Source: Azolla caroliniana (Eukaryota; Plantae; Polypodiophyta). Taken from it: DNA of 18,695 nucleotides. Shown here one piece after another: positions 1-10,617 of this stretch (position 1 is the first letter of the stretch; every line of letters starts with the position of its first letter). A model generated the notes under the pieces. The model was given only the letters and a program-made list of their open reading frames with translations. It made no database searches and had not been told where the DNA came from. A program made the position numbers and the translations under genes. The stretch spans positions 1-18,695 of the forward strand of contig JBHGNT010000636.1 of NCBI GenBank assembly GCA_043228905.1, written 5' to 3'.

Positions 1-639
1 AACATGTGCCAAATTTGCCGTGGTTTACTGATTAGATGTAGAAGAGAGAGGATTGATGGAAAACCCTTTTGTATGTGCTTCTATATTTATCTTAGCTATT
101 TACTGAGTATGGCATATCTCTCTTCACCTTTCAAGCTGTGACCAACGTGAACTTTTGAAAACAAACTGATTCATTTTGGTTTCTAATATTGTGTTCCAAA
201 AAGTTTCCTTTGTGAAGGCCAAGTGATGTCGTTGAGAAAATGTTCCCTTTAATAGAACCATGAGGAAAAGTTGAGACTTGCATCAAACTTCTATATATAC
301 CAAGGATTCTAACATGCATAAAACTCCAACTTTGTTGAGTGTGGCAACATTTTTCCTTCAGGGTTTTTGAAATTCAGAAAATCACTGTTCCTGTATACAC
401 TTGTATCATTCTTACAATCTATATAAGTAATGAAGTATTTTTTCGGATCACCTTGTTCTGTTTAATAAGATATATAAATAATTAACACATGTATTGCAGC
501 TTCAGCACACAATAAAACTAGAATCATTTACACCATTTTTGTTGTGGATGATGTATGTTTAGCTTTCATGAATTATTGAATACCATACTAATATTTGCTC
601 CCTTAAACTGGGCTTTGTCATGTTGCTCTACTATACTAG

Positions 640-683
640 ACTGCTTGCTGATCAGGAAGTGGGGACCTCTGGATCCTAGTGTG
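640..683 (+). CDS. GAUT13: GAUT short internal exon, (D)CLLIRKWGPLDPSV
   Basis: Acceptor ctag at 636-639 and donor gtaagg at 684. The peptide resembles the 'DCxGRRLGP' stem segment of GAUT13/14, and the phase joins the next exon correctly. Confidence 0.7.
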
Positions 684-3600
684 GTAAGGCGTTATTTGAA
701 TGGCGTGTGCAATTCCTTCTCATAAAAGAAAGTCAATGTTTTTTTCTGTTTTCTTAATGTCCTGTTTACTTTTCTTCTTGATGCCCAGAGAGATTCAAAG
801 TATATCCTTTCTTTGCTCACAAAGGCAGCAACAGAACCCCTCCCTGAAGGAATAGTCATTCCAGAGTCCTTTGAAGACCTCATTACGGAGGTTAGGACAA
901 AGACTTTGGATAGCCGAACTTCACTTATAAAACTCAAGGCCATGGTTTGCTCACATCCTTTCATATGCCATTGATACTATAATCGATAGTTTCTCCTTAC
1001 CAATCTGACCAACGATCTCTCTTGTTTTTCTAAGGTGGAAGCGTCTGATAAACGAGCGAAACAAGCAAAGGTTCAAGAGACATTGTACAGGCACTTTGCA
1101 TCAACAGGAATTCCCAAAGGTTTACACTGTTTATCTCTGAAACTAACAACCGAATACACTTCGAATGCGAGAGCCCGATGTGAGTTGCCATCGCCGGAGC
1201 TAGTGCCCCATCTGGTAAACAACAGTTTCCATCACTTCGTCATGGCTACAGACAATGTGCTTGCAGCCTCTGTTGTTGTGTCATCGATGGTAAAGAATGC
1301 GAAAAAACCCTCGATGGTCGTCTTTCATGTTATCACTGACAGGAAAACCTATGCAGCTATGCATGCATGGTTTGCATTGTACCCTCTACCACCAGCCATT
1401 GTCGAGGTGAAAGGTGTTCATCAATTCCCTTGGTTAACAAAGGAACATGTTCCTGTACTAGAGGCTCTAGAAAATCACAACAATCTTCTGTGGTACTACC
1501 ACGGAGATCATGCTACTGGGGCAGATTTTAATGACTCGCCGAAGCTACTTGCATCAAAGCTGCAAGCTCGTAGTCCTACGTACATCTCAATATTGAACCA
1601 TCTCCGCATATATCTCCCAGAGGTAATGTTTTATCTTAAAAACTAGTGTATTTATGGTAAAATCTACTGCTAGCATGTTTTGTCACTGTTTTAACTTTAG
1701 GGGTAAAATGTTTATGCATTCAAAAACGTATTGTGCTTCTGTTATCGGACAGAAAAGGTTTCGGTTTAATCATTTCTTACAGGATAGGAAAGGAAAAGCT
1801 AGGAGACTAGACTGCCAGCCTGCCAATCACATATTATTTTGCATAGGAATGAAAAGGAAGCTGGAAGGAAGTAAGAAATTTGCCAAATCGTTGCTACATT
1901 GGTTTATTAGAAAGTGGTAGAGGTTTTGGTTTTGTGCTAGCCAACATTGATTAGATATCTGTGCATCACTCTGAACTGAGACACAGTTGCTGAATTTAGC
2001 TGCAGATTCAAACTTATGTCTGCACAGTTTCAATTAACTTTTGTTTGTCCCTTCACAAACGATCTTTACTCTGGTGAGACTTGACATGTTTTCTAGCTAG
2101 AGTAGATTCTTGGATAACTCATGTCAATATTAAATAATGCTGGGTTATCTCGACATTTCTTCTTTGAATGAGCCTCACATCAAAATATGTGTAGGACACT
2201 TACTACATGAGTTTTTGACTCTGCATAGCACAGATTCTTTTGAACACTTAAGATTCTTCACCCTTTTCTTAAGGCTTTCGTCCACAATGGGGTTGCATTC
2301 GTCTTATGCGGGCCAATGGGTTGCACCCTGTCATGGCTCATTAGAAGCATTGGCATATCACACTCTGGTACAATTAACTTTGCATTTTCAAATGCCTATC
2401 CCAAATTGTGTTTTGACACCTGGTCCTTTACCTGTACTCTGTTATGCTGCCAACTTGTGCTCTTTTAGTGGAAGTATTTGCTGAAAAGTAAAATTCTTTG
2501 CATGTCATCATGGCTTCATTGAATGGCTTATGCAAGGATTTTCTACAGTGTCTACTTAGTCAAATGCTAAACTAAACATAATTGCATTGGTCACCATGTT
2601 GGAAATTGATTGTGGATTGATGTATATTACAATAATCATTACTACCTAAACAAAATTAATTATCATTATCCAGAAAGTGAGACAGTTGTTATGCTATGTC
2701 GTACAATGAGCGCATGTATATAGTGAAGATGAGGAGAGTGGGATAGTCAAAAGCATCAAATGCGAACAAACCCAAATCCCAATGTACCCATTTGCACTTG
2801 GCTGCCGGATGATGTCATTGGTTGGGTAAGACAAGCAACAGGGAGGAGAAGTCTTAATGTAGACCATCATTTTTTGCCTTAACTTATGAACCATGGTTGA
2901 GAATGGATTCAGTTGAGACCCCTTGTATGGTTGATATTCTGGGGAAGACTTTTTTGCTTTTTTTGCCAAGAGAACTTGATGACTCAAGTTACCTGTGACA
3001 AGATGGTTTTATTTGTGATTCTGTTGAACACATTGTGTTGATTGCTTTCCATTAAGCTCTTACCCTGGATCATATGACAGAAGTTTATTACTTTTGAGAT
3101 CAGAAAGGCAAGGATCTTATTTTCCATCTTTGAAAGAAAGAAGCCTGTGAGACCAAACAAGAGACTATATTTTAAATGTTGTCTCTCATCTTTAAGAACA
3201 AACCAAAATAAATATGACTAAATATATGGTAGCAAAGAGTCTCATTAGCTAAGCACTTAAGATTCTGGTCTTGGATAGACTGAAACTTCCACGTTTGAAA
3301 GATATCAAACATGGGCCGATCCAAGATGGAAGCGTCTCTTAAGCAAGGAAAGCACCATCCGTGCAGGGATATAATAGGCTTTATTTGTTAATGATGACTG
3401 ATGGGACTGTGGTCTAGATGACTAGGGCCTATGTGCACTCCAAATCACTATTGCCCAAATCTATTGTAACCACTTTGGAGTGATGGAACCAAAGAAAGTT
3501 GTATGGTTATTTGTGGATCAGTTGCCGTGCTTGTATTGCTGTCTTTCAATAGTTGCTTTCTCTCTCTTGAGTCCTAGCAAGAATAGACCCAAGTACCATC

Positions 3601-6600
3601 ATTCTGTATTCCATTGCCTTGCATAGTGGGCCAAGGCCTTGTTTGAATAGGCGGTGGTATCTCCTTCTCATTTCTTAAAAATGCATAATGGCAAACATAT
3701 TGTTCTATCAATTCCATCCCTGATCGTGCAATTTGCAGACCATCCTTTTATAGATCTGTGGGCATGTGTGCCTATGTCAATCTTCAACTGATGTGAAAAG
3801 GTCCTTAGCTGCCCTTTCATACTATGTAGTGTATGTCATAGATGTGTATACATAGATAAAGTCCTGATGATTAATCCATCTTATGCTGTATGTCTTATAG
3901 TGGGCCATTTTCCTACCAAGATATGTTGTGGGGTTGACCCATGTTCTTGCATTATTCAAAATTTAAGATAACAGATCAAATCACCGTATCATTTTCCACT
4001 GTTGTCATGTCCAAATTTGGACAATCCAAGCTATATTGGACAGGGTAATGCATTTATATTTTATGCTGTTTTTGCATTTTAGCTTATCAAGAATGATTAT
4101 CTCCATATTCAACCAGTTGTTTTAATGACATGTATCCTTGACTTGAGTACCCGTGCTTTGGGAGCTCCCAAATCCATTGAATACCAGTCACTGATCAGAA
4201 TAATACCTCAATCAATATTGGGACTAATCTCATCGCCACCTAGGGTTCTATCATGGGCCACCAATATTTTCCTCATTATTGTATGGCAATCATCAAGACT
4301 AATGGTCTCTCCAAATCTATCTAGTCATAGAAGGCTCTGTCCCCAAGTTCCTGCTCTGTAGAAAAGAGTTGTTATGAGTGTATCAAACCACACCTTAGTT
4401 CATGGTTCTTTGAATTGTGTATGTTGACATTGTTTTACGAAAGGGCTGGATATACATGAGAAAGCTGAGCACAATAGCCCTCTATGCAGAGAACTGAGGT
4501 CCTGTGAATGTTACTCCTAGGTTTCTATAGGATTCTGCGTATGCCACTTTTTCCTCTGCCAAGAAGAATGCTGTGTCTGATCTTGTTACCCATGCATGAA
4601 TGGTGTTAAACACCATAACTTGAGTTTGATCAAGGTTTATTGACAAATCTGTCTAGACACAAAATGATTCTAAAGCAACTTGATGGTTTTGTAGTCTCTT
4701 TAGGTAGTTGGAGATTGACACAATGCCATCGGCATTTGGTAATATTTGTATTACCATCCTTGCTGACCTCCAGCAACCCATTAGGGCATACACTTTTCAG
4801 GACATTGATGCATATAGTGAATGGATTCCCCGTTGCATATCTTTTGGGACGCTAAGGGCTTCCAGTCACTGCATGAGCCAGGCATGTGAAAGAAAGAAAC
4901 AAGAGCTAAGATGAAATGTCTCTAGCTGAAAGGGCAATTTAATCTATATCAAACGCCAAGAAGATGATAACACCTTGATGAATTTCGAAAAACATTAAAA
5001 GAAATCTTGGAAACTCAAGTGTTGTCCGCTTTATCAAAGCCATCCAATTGTAGACTGCTCCCAATTGGAGCCAAATATCTCCGGTTCAGATAGCTTCATT
5101 ACATTTCAATCAAAGCCAGAGTAAAATTGCGGAAGATAATAGCATGACTCCAGACATTTAGCTGATCTCATGTTCTGTTTGTTGTTCGTAAATAATCCTT
5201 TTAGTTGATGAGGATGGCGAAGAATCCGTTTGTCCTTGGGAAAGAAGGTTGAGAAATTGTTCAGATACCATCCCAGAGAAAATGTTTAGACACCATCCCA
5301 GAGAAAATGTTCAGACAGCATCCTAAACAAATTATTTGTTTCAAGTACTGACTTATCAATACCTTGCATATAGCATAATGTTCTACCCTTCTAATTGTCT
5401 AGCTGAGGAAAATTGTGGCAAAGCTGTGATCAACCTTTCCATCCATTGTAAAAACTTTATTTATAGTCTTTATCCAAAGAATCCTTAGGAATTCTATACA
5501 CCATCTCTTCTGCCAATAGGTCACAATTGTGATGTAGTTATTGGTGAGGCAAGAATCTATCAAAAGAGCTATACTGTTATTCCTCTTGGCTGGAACCGAA
5601 ACAGTCCCACCTTGCATTCCTCTTTGTTATGAGTGGGTTGAGCACTTTCACTCAGAAACACACTGATCTTTCAGTGCCCTCTTGAACCCCAATATTCGCA
5701 GATTGCTTTTAAATGGTTTGCAAATTCCCAAAGATGTAGGATCTAAAGCCTACAGCTCTGATATGATGTCAAGAATGGCTCCAACAGCAGGCTTGAGTAT
5801 ATGCAAATCTAAAACAAGAGTTTGAGATTGACACAAAAACGAAAATGTCCTGCACAAGAGAGAGAGATGTTTCCACAAGGACCATGGGTGAGTGAGAACT
5901 GAGGCTCATGACTACGCACAACTAGCTAATCCACAAGAAAATGAAGATTAATAAAGTAGAACAAACTTGAAGTCTTAAATAGGAAAGAACTCAACAAAGT
6001 TTTGTTAAATGGAGAACTCGTTGATAATAATGTTGACACATGGGTATTTTCTTTGTTTACTTTGTGCGTCAATGGATGGTGACAAAATCGGTTGTAAGAG
6101 AAAACAATGTGCATACATAATTTTTTAATTGATACTTCCAAGTTCATGTGATCACAGCAGAGAGAAAAAAAAGTTCCAAATTTACTGTGTAGAAGCTTAT
6201 AATTTTTTTTTGATATACAGCTGTTTCCAGAGCTAAAAAAAGTGGTATTTTTGGATGATGATGTTGTTATTCAACATGACCTTTCTGGACTCTGGGATAT
6301 TGACTTAGAAGGAAAAGTCAATGGAGCAGTAGAGACATGTAGAGGAGATGATCCTAGAGTGATGTCCAAACACTTCAGGACATACTTCAATTTCCAAAAT
6401 CCTCTTATTGCAAAGAACTTTGATCCAGAAAAGTGTGCCTGGGCATATGGGATGAATATTTTTGATTTGGAAGCATGGAGGAAATCTGACATCACAAAAG
6501 TTTATCATCACTGGGTCAAACAGGTAAATAATTTTTGTATTTATCCTGAAATATCTGGTTCTTGGTATTTGGTGACTTTTAAGTGTATGTTATGATGCTT

Positions 6601-7588
6601 TGGTACAAGTGTTTGTGATTAGAGCAATATTTGAACAATGAATGCGACATAATGAAATTCATTACTTGTCTTTATAAATAGTTGGTAAGGAGCTGGATAA
6701 ATTTGAAATTTTCATTGATTGGTTCAGCTATTCACAATGTTATATACGTAATTCTAATATTATGGTTGTGCTATAGTTTTGGACGAGGTGATAGAATTAT
6801 CTGTTTAAAACACCCATTGGCATATAAAAAATAAGGATAAACAACTCAGGGAAATGGTTCATGTCCATAGGATTACTTTTTCTGAATGCTAGATTACTGA
6901 CCTTTCACATATCCTTTGGCAGTAATAATATGATAGTGTTTGACAAAATCTGTGGTTGTTGAGATAAAGCCTTAGGTTAAGTTGATTTTGAATGAGACTC
7001 ACGTATAATATGCATATATTTCTTTAAGTACACATAGATTTAAACTTTTGGTTTACATATTTATATTCAATGGTACCTCTCTTACTACTCTTATTGCATG
7101 TTTATATCACAAATGCATGTTTTTAAGTTGTAAATGATAAGCTGAACTACGCTTATTCCTGTTGGGCTTATTCATACCTATATATGTACCTGAATTGATG
7201 ACTTCAGTTTCTTCATTCTTAGATAGAAAGAAATCAAAGAATGTCTTTGAAGTTTCTAAAACATTTTTTGATTGTGTGGTTTGCTTTTGATGTGTTTGTG
7301 CAGAATATTAATTCAAATCTTACATTGTGGCGGCTTGGAACTCTTCCTCCTTCACTGATTGCCTTTGATGGGTATGTACATCCCATTGATCCTTCATGGC
7401 ACATGTTGGGATTAGGCTACCAACCTGAGACAGATCTCGAGACTGCACAACATGCGGCTGTAATTCATTACAATGGGCAAGCAAAACCATGGCTTGACAT
7501 TGCATTTCCAGAATTGAAACTTTTCTGGACAAAGTATGTAAACTACTCCAATGAGTTCATTCAGCATTGTAACATTCTCGCTTCCTAA
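640..7588 (+). CDS. GAUT13: Galacturonosyltransferase, glycosyltransferase family 8, GAUT12/13/14 clade (spliced, 5'-partial): join(640..683,789..944,1035..1622,6221..6523,7304..7588)
   Basis: Manual splicing gives one continuous frame with GT..AG introns, and 457 full codons precede the TAA. It has GAUT hallmarks: IPKGLHCLSLKLT, HHFVMATDNVLAASVVV, VFHVITDRKTY, SILNHLRIYLPELFP, the DxD motif VVFLDDDVV, CAWAYGMNIFDL, LWRLGTLPP and IHYNGQAKPW. The symbol is the nearest family member by my recall of Arabidopsis proteins, not proven orthology. Confidence 0.95.
789..944 (+). CDS. GAUT13: GAUT internal exon, RDSKYILSLL...IPESFEDLITEV...IKLKAM
   Basis: Pyrimidine tract plus cag acceptor (786-788) and donor gtttgc at 945. 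The 52 codons are open and match the GAUT13/14 'IPDGLKLPESFSQLV...RAM' region. Confidence 0.9.
1035..1622 (+). CDS. GAUT13: GAUT large internal exon, VEASDKRAKQ...NHLRIYLPE
   Basis: Acceptor ttttctaag ends at 1034 and donor gtaatg starts at 1623; 196 codons. It corresponds to ORF 1035..1646, whose last residues are intronic read-through. Confidence 0.96.
3290..4895 (-). mobile_element. Degenerate, 5'-truncated non-LTR retrotransposon (LINE) ORF2 remnant, antisense within the GAUT intron
   Basis: Minus-strand translation across stops and frameshifts gives LMQ*LEALSVPKDMQRGIHSLY; IQILPNADGIVSIS (decayed YADD, 4725-4736); LQNHQVALESFC; LSINLDQTQVMVFN; SYRNLGVTFTGPQFS (the YLGV RT motif, about 4506-4529); FDTLIT; DLERPLV; GQLRTFSHQLKIDIG; a decayed C-terminal Cys/His region; and LFKQGLGPLCKAMEY. 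Confidence 0.88.
5251..5325. repeat. Tandem minisatellite, 3 x 25 bp (GAGAAAATGTTCAGACACCATCCCA consensus)
   Basis: Units are gagaaattgttcagataccatccca, gagaaaatgtttagacaccatccca and gagaaaatgttcagacagcatccta. Confidence 0.9.
6221..6523 (+). CDS. GAUT13: GAUT exon with catalytic DxD motif, LFPELKKVVFLDDDVV...YHHWVKQ
   Basis: T-tract plus tacag acceptor ends at 6220 and donor gtaaat starts at 6524; 101 codons. Overlaps ORF 6242..6595. Confidence 0.96.
7304..7588 (+). CDS. GAUT13: GAUT terminal coding exon, NINSNLTLWRLGTLPP...HYNGQAKPW...HCNILAS*
   Basis: Acceptor gtgcag ends at 7303 and stop TAA is at 7586-7588. Contains the GT8 C-terminal H-x-x-G-x-x-KPW motif. Confidence 0.96.
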   Translation, partial: NINSNLTLWRLGTLPPSLIAFDGYVHPIDPSWHMLGLGYQPETDLETAQHAAVIHYNGQAKPWLDIAFPELKLFWTKYVNYSNEFIQHCNILAS

Positions 7589-7624
7589 CGTAACGATATA
7601 TATATTTTTTGTTTTTGGGGATGG

Positions 7625-7630
7625 AATAAA
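7625..7630 (+). terminator. Candidate polyadenylation signal AATAAA of the GAUT gene (second copy at 7787-7792)
   Basis: AATAAA lies about 37 nt after the stop codon. Plant signals are degenerate, so actual usage is unproven. Confidence 0.35.
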
Positions 7631-7987
7631 TCATTCTTTTGAGTCTCACTACTACAGTGACTAGGTGGCACTTCAATTCAATTTGGAATTCTCTATCCTA
7701 ATATGTATCTATAATCAAAAGACACAGACGAATGAAATGTAGAAATTTGAGATGAGCATACATATTATATTTATTGGAAGAAGCTGAATAAACTGTTTTT
7801 TATATGAAAGCTGCATTCTTTTCTTACATTTTGGTCTTAAAATTAGATGACGATTTGAATCCTACCTAAATAGGATAAAAGGCATGTTCAAATAGACAGT
7901 AATAGTTAAGCTGAGAATAAATGCTATTCTTCTGCTTGTTCATAACACTGTCCGTTTCAATCTTAACCCTTACATATATATACATAT

Positions 7988-7992
<5 letters not shown>

Positions 7993-8066
<74 letters not shown>
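7993..8066. repeat. (CA)37 microsatellite preceded by a TA/TACA-rich segment
   Basis: Perfect CA dinucleotide run read directly from the sequence. Confidence 0.98.
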
Positions 8067-8070
<4 letters not shown>

Positions 8071-8139
8071 ATGTAAATACTCAGACATTAAGAGAGACCT
8101 TTTTGTAATTAATTTGATCTTGAATCTGGGCAGTAGAAA

Positions 8140-9230
8140 CTATGTCAAGAAACAACAATTCATATATGACGTGCATGTGGAAGTTAATGGCTCTTCTGTT
8201 GGAGTTACCCAACCTTAAAGATATGGTCAATAAAAGATTACCAAAGCCTGCAAACACCGACATTGTGACACTTGAAGCATGGATTTATGAAGACAACAGG
8301 GCTCAATTGGATATTGTAGCCAGCATTAGTGATTGTTTAGATGAGGTGATATCGGATGTAAACCCCTCCCCAAAAAGAGTATGAAATCTTTCACAAATCA
8401 ATGGTTGAGAACCCTCGATTATGCAATTGTTCCTCTTTGCAACCTCCCAAGGTCATGAAGTGCCTTGCAAAAGACTAAGTTGTCTCCTACACAATGCAAA
8501 GGATGAAATAAAAACTACGAAACAAGAGGTATGGCAGGCTAGAGCACTCACACTCACTTCTGCCAAAGGAGGCAAGTGTAAATGTATGCCCAAGGAGTCA
8601 TCAAATTGAAATTCAACTTGAAACAATGAAGATACCCTCCGATGAACTTTGATCAACACCAAAGTCAAGAGATTGATACAATGACTTACATATGTTATTA
8701 TTATGATAAACAAGGACATAGAGAAAAGGGATGTAAAAAAGAAAATATTTGGCATGTGAAGCAAACAAAGAAGAATTCAAGTGCACAATGTCGTTGTAGA
8801 AGGAGCTGATGTATCCATTCAAGATCCATTCAAGCATTCATGATTGGGATAGATGCCTTAAATGGCAAAGAATGACATAAGGCAAGACATGGAAAATTGT
8901 TTCCCCTTTGCACCATTTAAACAACAATAAATATTGGCTTCATGACCACCAAGCTTTGGTGACACGACGCACCTATCATAATATATATGGTTGTTTGATA
9001 CTCGCTCAAGGCACCATTTAAAACACAACAAAGATTGTTTGCATGACTATCAAGCTTTGCCACTTCGAATGACAATAAAAGAGAGATAGTACATGGAAGA
9101 TATATGAAACTTCTACAACTTTCATACAACAACATTCTAAATGTGGTCGTTTAATTATTTATAATATTGATGGTTGTACAATTAGGGCATGTGAGGACAT
9201 AGAAGTTCAATGAATAGAATTTATTTTGAG
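8140..9230 (+). mobile_element. Degenerate Ty1/copia retrotransposon fragment (gag, zinc knuckle, aspartic protease)
   Basis: ORF 8142..8384 resembles a copia Gag N-terminus (WKLMALL..L..MV..RLPKP...EAW...D.RAQLDI...ISD). A decayed CX2CX4HX4C knuckle, C-Y-Y-Y-D-K-Q-G-H-R-E-K-G-C, lies at 8693-8734. A protease motif WLFDTRSRHHLKHNKDCLHDY (DTG changed to DTR) starts at 8988. Domains are in the correct order but broken by stops and frameshifts. Confidence 0.8.
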
Positions 9231-10338
9231 CCACAATTGACATAACATCAATTGTGAAACAATCTTTCAAGGCAAAAAAATAATTCAATAGTGAAACTTA
9301 TTGAAGCCCAAACTAAACTAAGTTGCTAAGAAAAAAGACTACATTTGCCCTTTTAAATAGGATTAGGTTAGTTGCTAACTATTTTAGAACAAGCTCACAA
9401 AAGTACAAAATTAAAATATCCTAAAAATAGTAAACTTTATAGAATACCAAAATTAGCCATATTGACTTTTCAAATTTGATGGTTTGAAGACATTTATTTC
9501 CTTCTAAATTATAGCTTGGTCAAAATCCGGACACGCAACAACAATTTCAATTTTCAATACTTCCTAAATGTTTTGAACATGCATCTTAACAAGGTCAACA
9601 AACATAAACATTATACTTAACCATTTAATTAAAATAGATTGGCAATGCAAATTCAAGCGCTCAAGTCTAAGAAGGTTAGTCAAGTCAAGAAGAACCTTTG
9701 CTACATGGGAGCTTCCCTCATATTGCTATTGATGTTTCCATGTTGCACAACCTCTTTATTACATTACATTAACACTGACAGCCCAACCCAAGACTTACGC
9801 TTTAATGTAAGTATCGATATCCATTAATCATCATTTCCAAATACTGTTACAACAATGCTTGTGCATTGTCAACCACAACCTTTGTCTAATGGGAACTTCC
9901 CACATATTGCTATTCATATTGTAAAACCTCTTAATATCACACCATTGAAACCTTACTACGTTGTGATGGTACCATTATCCAATAATTATTATTTCCGTAT
10001 AAGCATGTTGGTTGGAGTTTCCTTTAATGCGTCAATGTGAGAAGCAAAATATATTTTTAAAGAAATGACATCTATCACACTATCTATGAAGTCAAGCTTA
10101 GTTCAGTTGTCAGAGCAAAGGAATGTAGTTGGCTTAAAGTAATCCTTAAGTCACCGGTTTGAACCTGAAAGTAAAATCTAATAATCACACCTACTAATAA
10201 ACATGCCTTGCCATTGCAATATGTGTTCCGGATTGTAAAACTTCTTATCCAATGAGGTGTGTTTGTTGATATTTTGGTGTGGAATAACCTTACCAATAAT
10301 CATTAAGCTATTAACTTTCGATAATAAATAGTACATGG

Positions 10339-10617
10339 TGTCAGGGGCGTAGCCAAGAACAAGATAGCGGCGATAGAAGAGAATAAGAAAAGAAGAAAGA
10401 AATAAGAAGAGAATGCAATTATATTGAAACAAGGACAAGATTACAAAAATATGCCAAAGATTGGCGTTGAACTAGATCCATGCATGCGCAACACCTTGCA
10501 TATATTGGTTAAAGCTTAGTCTATATAGTAAGGGTCATATGTTTCAATCCCCATTATGACCATGGTATAATATATATATATTTATGGAATTTTTTTACAT
10601 CGATGGACATGCCAACA
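10339..10617 (-). repeat. Probable 3' LTR of the chromovirus remnant (about 280 bp)
   Basis: Begins with TG immediately after the PPT, contains CTATATAG (TATA-like) and a pyrimidine-rich U5-like tract, and ends ...CCCCTGACA. No partner LTR is visible to confirm the boundaries. Confidence 0.5.

Larger units (their letters stand above)
1623..6220 (+). other. Large (4598 nt) GAUT intron expanded by transposon debris
   Basis: GT at 1623 and AG at 6219-6220. The flanking exons join in frame as LRIYLPE|LFPELKKVVFLDDD. Confidence 0.93.

Noticed and set aside
1-639. Search for the GAUT start codon and transmembrane exon
   Set aside because: I found no segment resembling the N-terminal MQLHISPS/transmembrane region. 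This stretch is treated as intron, with the first exon(s) left of the window.
1654-2484. ORFs 1654..1920, 1827..2033 and 2137..2484
   Set aside because: Intronic, with no recognisable motifs; consistent with chance ORFs.
2690-3200. Possible additional L1-like 3' (zf-RVT) remnant
   Set aside because: Only vague peptide resemblance, and no motif could be read unambiguously.
4873-4886. Minus-strand TGCCTGGCTC matching the 5' part of miR160
   Set aside because: Only 10 nt match, it lies inside the LINE relic, and there is no hairpin.
5560-5720. 'PLCYE...LIFQCP' suggestive of a LINE zinc finger on the + strand
   Set aside because: It needs frameshifts and is too short to support without a search.
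7866-8063. ORF with a CVCVCV run
   Set aside because: Translation artefact of the (CA)n microsatellite.
10494-10555. A-box/B-box-like words (TGGTTAAAGC, TTCAATCCC) suggesting a tRNA
   Set aside because: No cloverleaf pairing, and it lies within the candidate LTR.
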